From assembly GCA_036336835.1 (NCBI GenBank), contig JAYZFK010000088.1, positions 1 through 64,000 of the forward strand: DNA of 64,000 nt, read 5' to 3'. The position numbers and the translations under genes were made by a program. Positions 18,498-30,491 of the stretch are shown piece after piece (within the stretch, counting starts at the first letter, position 1; every line of letters starts with the position of its first letter). This stretch comes from Myxococcota bacterium. GTDB lineage: Bacteria > Myxococcota_A > UBA9160 > UBA4427. The notes under the pieces were generated by a model, which did not search any database, was not told the origin of the DNA, and worked only from the letters and a program-made list of their open reading frames with translations.

Positions 18498-20282
18498 GTG
18501 ACGAGCCAGCGAGCCACGAAATACAGCTCGGGCATTGGGCGGACGTGCCGCGCGCTTGCTGCGCTCGCGGGGCTCGGGCTTGCGGCCTGCGCGAGCGTGA
18601 CTCCGGATTCCGGGGTGGCCCCGCGACTGCGCGTCCAGCCCGACGCGCCGCCCGACTTCGACGTGCTCGTCGGGGAGTTCGCGGCGCGCGATGGCAACCT
18701 GCTGGAGGCGCGCAACGCCTTCCTGCGGGCGGTGGAGAAGGACCCGGACTCGGCGTATCTGCACTTGCGCGTTGCGATGCTGTCGTCGCGGATCGAGGAC
18801 GTCGAGCTCGCGCGCGCCCACGCCGAGCGCGCGGTTGCACTCGATGCCGAGGACGAGTCGGCCCGCATTCTGCTGGCTCGCTTGCTGCGCCACGAGGGCG
18901 ACGTCGTGGGTGTCGAGCGCGTCCTGCGGGGCGACGACGGCGCGCCCGTCTCGTTGCGCGCGGGCGTGTTGCTGATCCAGCTGATGGTCGAGAACCGACG
19001 GCGCGCCGAGGCACTTGGAACGGCATCGGCGCTGGTCGAGGCCTATCCCGACGACATCGGCGCCTACTACGCGTTGGCCAGCGTCCACGAGGACGCCGGC
19101 GACCGCGCGCGGGTCGAGGCGGTGGTGCTGCGGGCCAGCTCGGCTTTCCCGGACCAGGTCGCCCTCTACACGCGGCTGGCCCAGATGCGCCGGGCCGGCG
19201 GTGACATCGACGGCGAGATCGCCGCCTATCGACTGCTGCTCGAGCGGCAACCGGATCACCTCGGGACGCTGCGCATGCTGGCCGAGCTGCTGGTCAAGCA
19301 GCAGGATCCCGAGGGCGCGATCCGCGTCTACGAGCAGGCGCTTGGCCACTACCCCGGCGAGCTGGTGCTGCTCCAGCCATTGATCGGCCTCGATATCCAG
19401 CAGGGCAACCTCGAGCACGCGTCTGCGAGGCTCGAGGGGATCGTGCGGCAGCGGCCGCAAGACTACGAGCTGGTCTACATGCTGGGCCTGGTGCTGCTCG
19501 AGCGCGGCGAGTCCGACCAGGGGATTGCGGCGCTCGAGCGGATCCCGGCGTACCACGAAGCCTATCGCGATGCGCGGATCCGCATCGTTCAGCTGTACGA
19601 GGAGCGCGCTGAGCTCGACCGCGCGCTCGCCGTCCTCGAACAGCTGCGGATCGTGCACCCCGATCAACGCTTCGACTTTCACGCGGCCGGGCTGCGGGTG
19701 CGCAATGGCGACTTCGAGGGCGGCGTGGCGCTGGTGCGCGAGCACATCGAGGCAAATCCCGACGACCCGGAAGCGCTCTACCAGATGGGGCTCGTCCACG
19801 ACACCGCGAAGCGGCGCGACGACGCGATCGGCTGGATGCGCGCGTCGCTCGAGAAGGATCCGGAGAACGCGCACGCGCTCAACTACATCGGCTACACGCT
19901 CGCCGAGCGCGGCCAGGATCTGGACGAGGCCGAGGCGCTGATCAAGCGCGCCCTCGAGCTCGAGCCCGAGGACGGCTACATCATCGATAGCCTGGGCTGG
20001 GTCTACTACATGCGCGCCTTGCCGCTGGTCGAAGACGGGCACGCCGAGGACGCCCAGGGCTGGGTCGATCGGTCGCTTGAAACGCTCGAGCGAGCCGCGG
20101 CGCTCTCGGGCGGCGACCCGGTGATCTCGGAACACCTCGGTGACGTCCACCTGCTGGTGGGCGACCGGCAGCGGGCGCTTGGCTTCTACGAGCAGGCTGT
20201 CGACCTCGACCCTCGGCCCGACGAGCAGCCGGACCTGCTGGACAAGCTCGAGGCACTGCGCGCCGAGCTCGGCGGCACGTGA
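18498..20282 (+). CDS. TPR-repeat lipoprotein
   Basis: LGLAAC lipobox, multiple TPRs, C-terminal ALNYIGYTLAERG..LDEA…GYIIDSLGWVYY…ISEHLGDV. The in-frame ORF extends further upstream, so the start is uncertain. Confidence 0.85.
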   Translation: MTSQRATKYSSGIGRTCRALAALAGLGLAACASVTPDSGVAPRLRVQPDAPPDFDVLVGEFAARDGNLLEARNAFLRAVEKDPDSAYLHLRVAMLSSRIEDVELARAHAERAVALDAEDESARILLARLLRHEGDVVGVERVLRGDDGAPVSLRAGVLLIQLMVENRRRAEALGTASALVEAYPDDIGAYYALASVHEDAGDRARVEAVVLRASSAFPDQVALYTRLAQMRRAGGDIDGEIAAYRLLLERQPDHLGTLRMLAELLVKQQDPEGAIRVYEQALGHYPGELVLLQPLIGLDIQQGNLEHASARLEGIVRQRPQDYELVYMLGLVLLERGESDQGIAALERIPAYHEAYRDARIRIVQLYEERAELDRALAVLEQLRIVHPDQRFDFHAAGLRVRNGDFEGGVALVREHIEANPDDPEALYQMGLVHDTAKRRDDAIGWMRASLEKDPENAHALNYIGYTLAERGQDLDEAEALIKRALELEPEDGYIIDSLGWVYYMRALPLVEDGHAEDAQGWVDRSLETLERAAALSGGDPVISEHLGDVHLLVGDRQRALGFYEQAVDLDPRPDEQPDLLDKLEALRAELGGT

Positions 20283-21058
20283 GCCTCGCCTGGCGCGCGT
20301 CGGCCGCGCTGGCGGCGGCGCTGCTGTCGGCATGTCAGTCGGTAGTCCGCGTCGATCCCGGTTCGCCGATCGCGCTCGACGACCCGCGCGCCGTCGAGCG
20401 GCTCGACGCCTTCCGCGAGCAGGCCGCTCGGCGGACCTCGCTGCGCGCCGCAGCGCGGCTATCGCTGGTCGCACCTGGGCTCGAGCTGTCTCGGCCGCAG
20501 CGGCTCGCGGTGCAGCGGCCGGCCAGCTTGAGGATCGAGGTGCTGGGGCTGTTCGACCAGGTTGCGGGGATCGTCGTGACCGACGGGACCGAGTTCGCGT
20601 TCGTCGATCTCGCGTCGGATGTGCGCGACGCCGGCCCGGTGCACGACGATCTGCTGTGGCGCACGGCGCGAGTCGATCTGACTCCGTCCGATGCGGTCGC
20701 CCTGCTGCTCGGCGTGCCACGGCTTGCTGCGCGGGCCGAGGTCGTCGCGGTCCGGCAGTTCGAAGACGGCGGGATTGGTGTTGCCACCCGTGCCGAACAC
20801 GCGGTGCGCACGCGCTGGCACGAGTGGGACGCCGCGGGTCGACTGCGCGGAGCGGCGTTGCGCGAGCCGGATGGCAGCGCGGTCTGGCGCGCCCGCTTCT
20901 CGAACTGGCACAGGGTTGGACGGTACACCTTCGCCCATCGCGTCGAGCTCGAGTTCCCGCGCGTGGACGCCAAGGCGAGCATTCTCTTCCGGGCGGTCGA
21001 GCCCAACCCGATCCTGTCGCCGGGAGTTTTCGTGCTACAAGTACCACCCGGGGGGTAG
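20279..21058 (+). CDS. LolB/DUF4292-like lipoprotein
   Basis: LLSAC lipobox; RPASLRIEVLGLFDQ beta-rich LolA/B-type pattern; coupled to the TPR gene as in the common TPR-lolB pair. Confidence 0.7.
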   Translation: MSLAWRASAALAAALLSACQSVVRVDPGSPIALDDPRAVERLDAFREQAARRTSLRAAARLSLVAPGLELSRPQRLAVQRPASLRIEVLGLFDQVAGIVVTDGTEFAFVDLASDVRDAGPVHDDLLWRTARVDLTPSDAVALLLGVPRLAARAEVVAVRQFEDGGIGVATRAEHAVRTRWHEWDAAGRLRGAALREPDGSAVWRARFSNWHRVGRYTFAHRVELEFPRVDAKASILFRAVEPNPILSPGVFVLQVPPGG

Positions 21059-21065
21059 TGGCGCC

Positions 21066-23036
21066 GTGCAGCCCAGGAGCGGCCTCATCACAGTCGCGCT
21101 CGCGCTGCTGGCCGGCATCCTCGTCCTCCTCCTCTTCCAGTCCTTTCAACTCTCCAACCTGGAGGAGAGGCTGATCCTGCAGGCGCGCCAGCTGCAGGCG
21201 CTCGGTGACTCGAGCGACCGGCTGGATGCGCGCGTCGATGCGCTGGCCCAGAGCGGTGGGGTCGTCCGCGGAGAGGGCGTCCAACGCGATGCGTACGCGG
21301 ACGTCGAGGTGCTGTTCCCCGAGCGTCCCAATCTTCTACAGCCCGACGACTTCTCGATCGCGAACCCGGACGCGCCGCAGGACCAGACACTGGTGCGCGG
21401 CTGGGCGAGCGGGGATCCCAACAGCTTCAACCCGCTCTCCCAGAACGACGCCGCGGTTGCCTACGGGATCGAGCACTACGTGCTCGAGGCCCTGGCACAG
21501 CGCTCGCGCTGGACCGATCCCGATCGTTTCGTGAGCCAGCTCGCATGGCGCGTCAGCTCCAGCGACGACTACCGCGAGTTTGTGATCTATCTGCGGCGGG
21601 GTGTGAAGTGGCACGTTCCCGGAGGGGTCGACCTGCCGGATCCGAAGTTCGCGTGGCTGCGCGGGGTCCATGAGCTGACGGCGCGCGACGTGCTGTTCAC
21701 CTTCGAGCTCGCGACCAACGCCCAGGTCGAGAGCACGTGGAAGAGCTTCTTCCTCGGCCTCGAGAGCGTGGAGGCGCTCGACGACTACACCGTGCGGGTA
21801 CGTTGGAAGGACTCGCTTTACACCAACTTCACGACGACCGTAGGCTTCCCGATCCTGCCCGAGTTCCTGTGGGCCCACGACGAGCACGGGGAGCGGTTCC
21901 CAGACGAGACGCTCGGTGTGCGCATCAATCAGCACTGGTACGGGCATCGTGGCACCATCGGAACTGGGCCCTATCGCATGGCGGGCTACGAGCCGGGAGC
22001 GCGGATCCAGCTCGAGCGAAACCAGGACTACTGGGGTCCGAAGCCGCCAATCAAGCGGATCCAGTACCCGATCTACACGGATCCCAACCGCACGCTGCTG
22101 ATGCTCAAGGCGCACGAGATCCACGCCGGCGGACTGCGTGCCTCGGAGTATCGCGACGAGGTGCTGAAGTGGGAGGACGTTCCCGAGGAACGCTGGCCCG
22201 ACTCGCCGTTCCTCAACGGAGACATCGAGTGTGTGAGGCTCCGCCGCTTTGCATACTCGTTCATCGGTTGGAACGCGGACAAGCGCCTGTTCGCGGATGC
22301 GCGCGTTCGAACGGCGATGACCCAGGCGTTCAATCGCCGGCAGATCATCGACGACATCTACCTCGGCCTGGGCGAGATCGCGATCGGTCCCTTCAACCCC
22401 GACACACCGTTCAACGATCTCGACGTCCCGGATCTGCCCTTCGACCTCGCGGCGGCGAGCGCGCTGCTGGCGGAGGCGGGTTGGTCCGACTCGGATTCTG
22501 ACGGGCTACTCGACAAGGATCTCGACGGCGATGGAACGCGCGAGCCCTTCGAGTTCACCTTGCTCCTCTACGCGAACTCGCCCGAGTACACGGCACTTGC
22601 GAACGTGTTCAAGGAGGACCTGCTCGAAGTCGGCGTGTGGATGAAGATCGACGCGGTCGAGTGGAGCCTGATGCAGAAGCGGATGGATGAGAAGCAGTTC
22701 GATGCCTACACCGGTGGCTGGGGAATGAGCTGGGAGAGTGATCCCTATCAGATCTGGCACTCGTCGCAGGCGGATGTGCCCAAGGGCTCGAACCGCGTCG
22801 GCTTTCGCGACGAGGAGGTCGATCGCCTGATCCTCGAGCTGCGCGCCACCTTCGATCGCGACGAGCGAGTGGCCCGGTACCGCGGAATCCATCGCCGCAT
22901 CTATGCGGCGCAGCCGTATACCTTTTTCCGGATTCCGCACAACATCTACTGCTGGTGGTCGGAGGTGAAGGGCGTGCGCTTCCCGAAGGTGGCACCGCAG
23001 ATCGACTCTGGACCGTGGTGGATCGAGCCGGGCTAG
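21066..23036 (+). CDS. Peptide ABC transporter substrate-binding protein (family 5, AppA-like), membrane-anchored
   Basis: N-terminal TM + coiled coil; DPNSFNPL, LRRGVKWH, TARDVLFTF, IGTGPYRM, FADARVRTAM, DPYQIWHSSQ. Confidence 0.9.
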   Translation: MQPRSGLITVALALLAGILVLLLFQSFQLSNLEERLILQARQLQALGDSSDRLDARVDALAQSGGVVRGEGVQRDAYADVEVLFPERPNLLQPDDFSIANPDAPQDQTLVRGWASGDPNSFNPLSQNDAAVAYGIEHYVLEALAQRSRWTDPDRFVSQLAWRVSSSDDYREFVIYLRRGVKWHVPGGVDLPDPKFAWLRGVHELTARDVLFTFELATNAQVESTWKSFFLGLESVEALDDYTVRVRWKDSLYTNFTTTVGFPILPEFLWAHDEHGERFPDETLGVRINQHWYGHRGTIGTGPYRMAGYEPGARIQLERNQDYWGPKPPIKRIQYPIYTDPNRTLLMLKAHEIHAGGLRASEYRDEVLKWEDVPEERWPDSPFLNGDIECVRLRRFAYSFIGWNADKRLFADARVRTAMTQAFNRRQIIDDIYLGLGEIAIGPFNPDTPFNDLDVPDLPFDLAAASALLAEAGWSDSDSDGLLDKDLDGDGTREPFEFTLLLYANSPEYTALANVFKEDLLEVGVWMKIDAVEWSLMQKRMDEKQFDAYTGGWGMSWESDPYQIWHSSQADVPKGSNRVGFRDEEVDRLILELRATFDRDERVARYRGIHRRIYAAQPYTFFRIPHNIYCWWSEVKGVRFPKVAPQIDSGPWWIEPG

Positions 23037-23058
23037 GCGGCGACACGGGGAGCCGCGC

Positions 23059-24516
23059 GTGAAGGTCTACCTCGTCAAGCGACTGCTGCTCATGATCCCG
23101 ACCTTTCTCGGGATCACCTTGATCGTCTTTGCCGTGCTGAACCTGGCTCCCGGCCGTCCCGGTGCGACCCAGCAGGGAACCGACATCGAGAAGGACGTTC
23201 GCGGGGAGCAGACGGAGGAGTCCCACCGGATCTTCCGAGAGCAGTTTCACCTCGACAAGCCCGTGATGTTCAACACGTTCTCTGGACTCTCGGTTGCTGC
23301 CGTCTCGGCCGACATCGACGTGCTCTCGGGACGCGTTCCGGCCGATGCGGCGGGCCGAATCGCGGCTCGCGAGCGGCTCGACGGATACGGTGGCTATGCA
23401 GTCCCGCAGCTCGTCGAGATCGTTCGCCGCGCCGACGCCGCCGGCGACCTGGCCCGCCGCGATCTCACCGTCTTCTTCCTGCGCCGCGCTGCGCGCCGTC
23501 CGTTGATCGAGCCGTATCACCCCGATCCCTCGCCCGAGCTGCGAGCGCGCAACCGAGCCATCGAGTTCGAGAACGTCGCGATCCGCGAGCTTCGCTACCT
23601 GCCGGAGACGCCGGAGGCAGAGAAGCGGATCGTGCTCGAGGCCTGGATGCGCTGGTACGAGGAGCACCGCGAGCGCTGGGAGTACGACCTGGGCGATCGG
23701 TTGCGCATCCTGCTGCTGGAGACCCGCTTCGCCGCCTACTGGCACAACCTGATTCGGCTCGACTTCGGCGTCTCCCTGGTGACCAAGCAGCCGGTGCTGA
23801 GCACACTGATCTCGAAGCTGCCGTATTCGCTCACGCTGTCCGTCGGCTCGTTGCTGCTCGCCTATCTGATCGCGATCCCGATCGGTATCTTCTCGGCGGT
23901 TCGCAAGGACTCGGCCGCCGATCGCGTCGCGACCGTCGTGCTGTTCATGCTCTACTCGCTGCCGAGCTTCTTCGTCGCGACGCTGCTGCTGTTCTTCTTC
24001 TCCTTCGGGTCTGACTACGAGAACCTGCGCTGGTTTCCGACAGGCGGTTTTCGCGACCCCGATTTCATGTCGCGGACCAGCGCCGGCCAGATCGGTGACA
24101 TCGCCTTCCACATGGCGTTGCCGATGTTGTGCGCCACCTACGGCTCGCTCGCGAGCCTGTCGCGCTACATGCGAACCGGCCTGCTCGACGTGATCCAGTC
24201 CGACTACGTGCGTACCGCCCGAGCCAAGGGTCTGCCCGAGTGGCAGGTGATCGGGCGGCACGCGGTGCGCAACGGGCTGCTTCCGATCCTGACGCTGCTC
24301 GCTGGGCTGCTCCCCGCTGCGCTCGGAGGCGCCGTGATCATCGAGTACATCTTCGGCATCCCGGGGATGGGGCAGTGGGTGATCGAATCGATCTACGCCC
24401 GCGATTACAACGCGATCATGGTGGTGCAGCTGTTGTCGACGCTGCTCGTGTTGATCGGCATCCTGCTCACGGATCTCAGCTACGCGCTGGTCGATCCGCG
24501 GATCCGCTTCGAATGA
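23059..24516 (+). CDS. Peptide ABC permease OppB/DppB with large insertion
   Basis: YLVKRLLLMIPTFLGIT…APG, LDFGVS, SRYMRTGLLDVIQSDYVRTARAKGL, DPRIR; about 150 extra residues in the first loop. Confidence 0.9.
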   Translation: MKVYLVKRLLLMIPTFLGITLIVFAVLNLAPGRPGATQQGTDIEKDVRGEQTEESHRIFREQFHLDKPVMFNTFSGLSVAAVSADIDVLSGRVPADAAGRIAARERLDGYGGYAVPQLVEIVRRADAAGDLARRDLTVFFLRRAARRPLIEPYHPDPSPELRARNRAIEFENVAIRELRYLPETPEAEKRIVLEAWMRWYEEHRERWEYDLGDRLRILLLETRFAAYWHNLIRLDFGVSLVTKQPVLSTLISKLPYSLTLSVGSLLLAYLIAIPIGIFSAVRKDSAADRVATVVLFMLYSLPSFFVATLLLFFFSFGSDYENLRWFPTGGFRDPDFMSRTSAGQIGDIAFHMALPMLCATYGSLASLSRYMRTGLLDVIQSDYVRTARAKGLPEWQVIGRHAVRNGLLPILTLLAGLLPAALGGAVIIEYIFGIPGMGQWVIESIYARDYNAIMVVQLLSTLLVLIGILLTDLSYALVDPRIRFE

Positions 24517-25769
24517 GCGCGGCGCATGAGAACGCGGGCGCGGTCGAGAGCCAGCGCGTCGCCTATTCCTCGATCGTGTGGACCGAGCTTTCCCAGAATC
24601 GGGTCGCCATGGTCGGTCTGTTTGTGCTGCTGATGTTCTGCCTGCTCGCGATCTACGCGCCGCTGCTGTCGCTCGGTCAGCCACTGACCTGGCGCGACGC
24701 GGAAGGGCTGCGGTTTCCCTGGTTCGGCGCGCTGTTCAATCGCCTGCTGTTCGAGAACGCGGTCGACGTGTTCTTCAACCTCCTGATGGTGCTCTCGCCC
24801 GCCTACGCGGTGCTCTACCTGGTGCTGCGCAGGCGGCACGGGGTCGCCTTCCCGCTGGTGCGCGGGCGCTGGCTGCGCCGGATTTGCGCGTTTCACCTCC
24901 TGCTGTTCACCGCGGTCCAGGTCGAGGCCTGGGGGCCGGTCGACAACCCGTTGCACACGACGTCGCGCATCGTGGACTGGAACGCGCAGCTCGCGCAGAT
25001 CGAGAGCGGGGCTTCGGTCGACGCGCCGCTGGCGATCTTCCCGATGCGGCGCTTCCACTATCGTGAGACCGATCCGGCGCGCAGCGTGCTGCCGCCGAGC
25101 GCCAAACACTGGTTTGGCACCGACAAGGAAGGGCGCGACGTGTTCGCACGTATGCTCTACGGCACGCGCGTGTCGCTGACGATCGGGGTGGTCGCAGTCT
25201 CGATCTACGTAGCGATCGGCGTCTTCCTTGGCGCGATCGCCGGCTATTTCGGTGGCTGGATGGACGTCGTCATCTCGCGGCTGATCGAGGTGATGATCTG
25301 CTTCCCGAGCTTCTTCTTGATCCTCACGCTGGCCGCTTTCGTCGAGGAGCGATCGATCTTCCATGTGATGGTGATCATCGGCATTACCAGCTGGACCGGC
25401 GTCGCGCGGTTGGTTCGCGCCGAGTTCTTGAAACACAAATCGCTCGAGTATGCGCAGGCCGCGCTCGCGCTGGGCGTGCCGCGCCGGCGCATCATCTTCC
25501 GCCACATCCTGCCGAACGCGATTTCGCCGGTGCTGGTCAGCGCGACGTTTGGCGTCGCGGCTGCGATCTTGACCGAGTCGAGCCTGGCCTTTCTCGGCCT
25601 CGGCGATCTGTCCGCGCCGAGTTGGGGCATGACGCTCAGCGCCGGGCGTACCGAGAACGCCCTGTGGCTGATCCTGTTCCCCGGCATGGCGATCTTTGCC
25701 CTGGTGAGCGTGCTCAACCTCGTTGGCGAGGGGCTGCGCGATGCCCTCGATCCGAAGCTGCGCTCGTGA
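24513..25769 (+). CDS. Peptide ABC permease OppC/DppC with extra membrane segments
   Basis: HWFGTDKEGRDVFARMLYGTRVSL, RHILPNA, ESSLAFLGLG, GEGLRDALDP. Confidence 0.9.
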   Translation: MSAAHENAGAVESQRVAYSSIVWTELSQNRVAMVGLFVLLMFCLLAIYAPLLSLGQPLTWRDAEGLRFPWFGALFNRLLFENAVDVFFNLLMVLSPAYAVLYLVLRRRHGVAFPLVRGRWLRRICAFHLLLFTAVQVEAWGPVDNPLHTTSRIVDWNAQLAQIESGASVDAPLAIFPMRRFHYRETDPARSVLPPSAKHWFGTDKEGRDVFARMLYGTRVSLTIGVVAVSIYVAIGVFLGAIAGYFGGWMDVVISRLIEVMICFPSFFLILTLAAFVEERSIFHVMVIIGITSWTGVARLVRAEFLKHKSLEYAQAALALGVPRRRIIFRHILPNAISPVLVSATFGVAAAILTESSLAFLGLGDLSAPSWGMTLSAGRTENALWLILFPGMAIFALVSVLNLVGEGLRDALDPKLRS

Positions 25770-26823
25770 GTGCGGCCCCGAAACGCGCGGAGGCCGAGCC
25801 GCTGCTGCGAATCGCGGGTCTGTGCGTCGAGTTCGTCAGCAAGCTGGGCACGGTCCGGGCGGTCGATGGTGTGACTTACGAGGTGTCTCCCGGCGAGACG
25901 CTCGCCGTGGTCGGCGAGTCGGGCTGTGGCAAGTCAGTGACCGCGCTGTCGGTGATGGGGCTGGTGCCGAGCCCACCGGGCGCGGTCACGGCGGGAGAGA
26001 TCCAGTTTGCCGGAGAAGACTTGCTGGCGGCCGACGCCAGGCGGATGCGCGAGATCCGAGGCAACGACATCGCGATGATCTTCCAGGAGCCCATGACGAG
26101 CCTGAATCCGGTGCTCTCGGTCGGCACGCAGATCACCGAGACGCTGATCGAGCATCGCGGCCTCGCGGCCGAGGCGGCGCGCGAGCAGCTGATCTCGCTG
26201 CTCGCCAGGGTCGGCATTCCCTCGCCCGAAGAGCGAATCGACGACTACCCCCACCAGCTGTCGGGCGGAATGTGTCAGCGTGTGATGATCGCGATGGCGC
26301 TGGCCTGCGACCCGAAGCTGCTGATCGCGGACGAGCCGACGACGGCGCTCGATGTCACCGTGCAGGCGCAGATCCTCGATCTGCTGCGCGCACTGCAGCG
26401 CGAGCTCGGAATGTCCATCGTGTTGATCACACACGACCTCGGCGTGGTGGCCGAGATGGCCCAACGCGTGGTGGTGATGTACGCCGGCGAGATCGTCGAG
26501 CGCGCAAGCGTGGAGCAGCTGTTCGCCAGGCCGCGGCATCCTTATACCGCGGGGCTGTTGCACTCGATCCCGCGGCTCGAGCACGACGACGGACGACTCC
26601 AGCCGATCGAGGGCAGCGTGCCCGACGCCGCTGCCCTTCCCGCGGGCTGTCGCTTCCACCCGCGCTGCCCGCTGGTTCGCGATCGCTGCCGCCGCGAGGC
26701 ACCGCCCGAGCGCGAGCGCGCCCGGCGCTCGGGCGCGGCTTCGCACCGCTCGGCCTGCTGGCTGATCGACGAGCAGCCGGAGATCGATCTGCTGCACGTG
26801 ACACGGCCGGGGGAGGATGGCGC

Positions 26824-26827
<4 letters not shown>
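25766..26827 (+). CDS. Peptide ABC ATPase OppD/DppD
   Basis: [44 protein letters not shown] Cys cluster. Confidence 0.93.
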
Positions 26828-28463
<1,636 letters not shown>

Positions 28464-28467
<4 letters not shown>

Positions 28468-30491
28468 TGCGCACGCTGGCTGCGCTCGGGCTGGTGGCGC
28501 TGGCGGCCCTGGCCGCGGTGGCCCTGACGCTCGGGGCAAGCGTCGAGGCGCCGGCCAACTTCCGCTTCGTGAACGGCACCGAGCCGACGACGCTCGATCC
28601 ACAACGGCTGACGGGCCAGCCCGGTGGCCGCGTCGTGTCGGCCATCTTCGAGGGACTCGCCCGCTACGACGAACGCTCGATGGATCCCGTGCCGGGCGCG
28701 GCCGAGCACTGGAGCGTCTCGGCGGACGGGCGGCGCTACGAGTTCACGCTTCGCGACGACGCCTACTGGAGCGACGGCACGCCGGTGACGGCGCAAGACT
28801 TCGCGTGGTCCTGGCGGCGGTTACAGGATCCGAGCTTTGCCGCCGAGTACGCCTACATCCTGCACTTCGTCCGCTTCGCAGAGGAGTACAACCTGTACGG
28901 GGGGCAGGCTGATCGGTTGGAGGCGGTCGTGGAGACGGCGCTGCCCGCGCTGCGCGAAGCGACCGGTCCTCGGGTCGCCGCGGTCGAGTGGCAGCGCTTC
29001 GCGGCCGAGCACGAGCTGGCAGACCTGGCCAACGCGTCGCCCGATCCCGAGATCGCTCGGCTGTTGGCGGCGGAGAGCGGCGAGATTTCGCTCGAGCTGG
29101 CTGCGCGTACCGTCGGACGTGAGGCGAAGCGGCGGCGCGCTGTGTTCGAGGAAGCCAGCCGGCGCTTCGGGGTCGATGGCGGGGTGTTTGCAACCGGTGA
29201 CAAACGGCTCGTCGTCGAGCTCGACGCAGCGACCCCGTACTTCATCACGCTGACGGCGTTCTACCCGATGTTGCCCTCACCTCGCTGGGTGATCGATGTA
29301 CCGGGCAACGAGCTCGACTGGTTCCTGCCGGAGAAGATCGTCACGAACGGACCGTTCCGGCTGGAGAGCTGGCGGATCAACGACAAGATCCGGCTGGTCA
29401 AGAGCCCGAACTACTGGGGCCGCGACGAGGTGCGTCTCGAACGCGTCGACGTGCTGCCGACCGAGCATCAGGCGACTGCGCTGAACCTGTATCTCACGGG
29501 TGGCGCGGATTGGCTCCCGGGCAGCTATCCAAGCGATCTCGTCGACGTGCTGCGCCAGCGCGACGACTTCTACGCCCAGGCCGGCCTCAGCGTCTACTTC
29601 TACAAACTGAACACCACGCGGCCCCCTTTCGACGACGCTCGCGTGCGGCTCGCGATCAACTTGGCGATCGACCGCACGGAGATCGTCGAAGAAGTGCTGC
29701 GGCTCGGGCAACTACCGGCGACTCGGTTCGTGCCGCCCGGGATGGTCGGCTACCCGCCGCCGGACTCGCCGATCGGGCTCGACGTCGAGCGAGCGCGCCG
29801 GCTGCTCGCCGAGGCGGGCCATCCGGAGGGCCGCGGTATCGAAGAGATCGGCATCCTCTACAACACCAGCGAGGGCCACAAGAAGATCGCCGAGGTCGTC
29901 GCCGATCAGCTGCGGCGCAACCTGGGGCTCGACGTCCGCGCGTACAACCAGGAGTGGCAGTCGTTCCTGACGACCGTTCGCAACCTGGACTACGACATGT
30001 CGCGCTATGGCTGGACCGGTGACTACGTCGACCCGAACACTTTTCTCGACATGTGGCTGACCGGCGGCGGCAACAACAATACCGGCTGGAGTCATGCAGG
30101 CTTCGACCGGCTGGTCGCGGCCGCAGCGGATGTGGATGCCTTCGTGCGCTCGGGCCAAGCGTCCGCCATTGGCTGGAAGAGGGCTGCGCGAGTCGAGCGC
30201 GCGATCGCGGCCGTCGAGTCGGCGGCCGGTGCAGACGGGCGGCGCCTCGCGCTCGCTCGGCTGCGGATGGAGATCCTGCGCGAGGCGGAAGCCATCCTGC
30301 TCCAGGATGGGCTGCCGATGGTGCCCGTCTACTTCTACGTCAACAGCGGGCTGGTCGCGCCGGAAGTGCGCGGATTCTACATGGAGACGGTGAAGTCCGA
30401 CGGCGCGCGCGGCGTCAACCTGCAGAACTGGCACCCGCTGCGCGGGATCTGGATCGACCGCGCAGCGCGCCGGCCGAGGCTCGGCGGGTGA
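28464..30491 (+). CDS. oppA: Oligopeptide-binding protein OppA (family 5) with helical insertions
   Basis: NGTEPTTLDP, FEGL, WSDGTPVTAQDF..SW.R, NGPFRL..W, PPFDDARVR.A, GWTGDYVDPNTFLD. Confidence 0.88.

Noticed and set aside
18456..21284. Very long antisense and alternate-frame ORFs (e.g. 942 aa here, 945 aa at 39508-42345, 709 aa at 6488-8617)
   Set aside because: They are shadows of real genes in high-GC DNA: Arg/Ala/Pro-rich, with no family motifs.
25723..26823. N-terminal 367 aa of the 914-aa ORF, suggesting a still larger OppF fusion
   Set aside because: It overlaps oppD in another frame; the real start is GTG 26824, coupled to the oppD stop.
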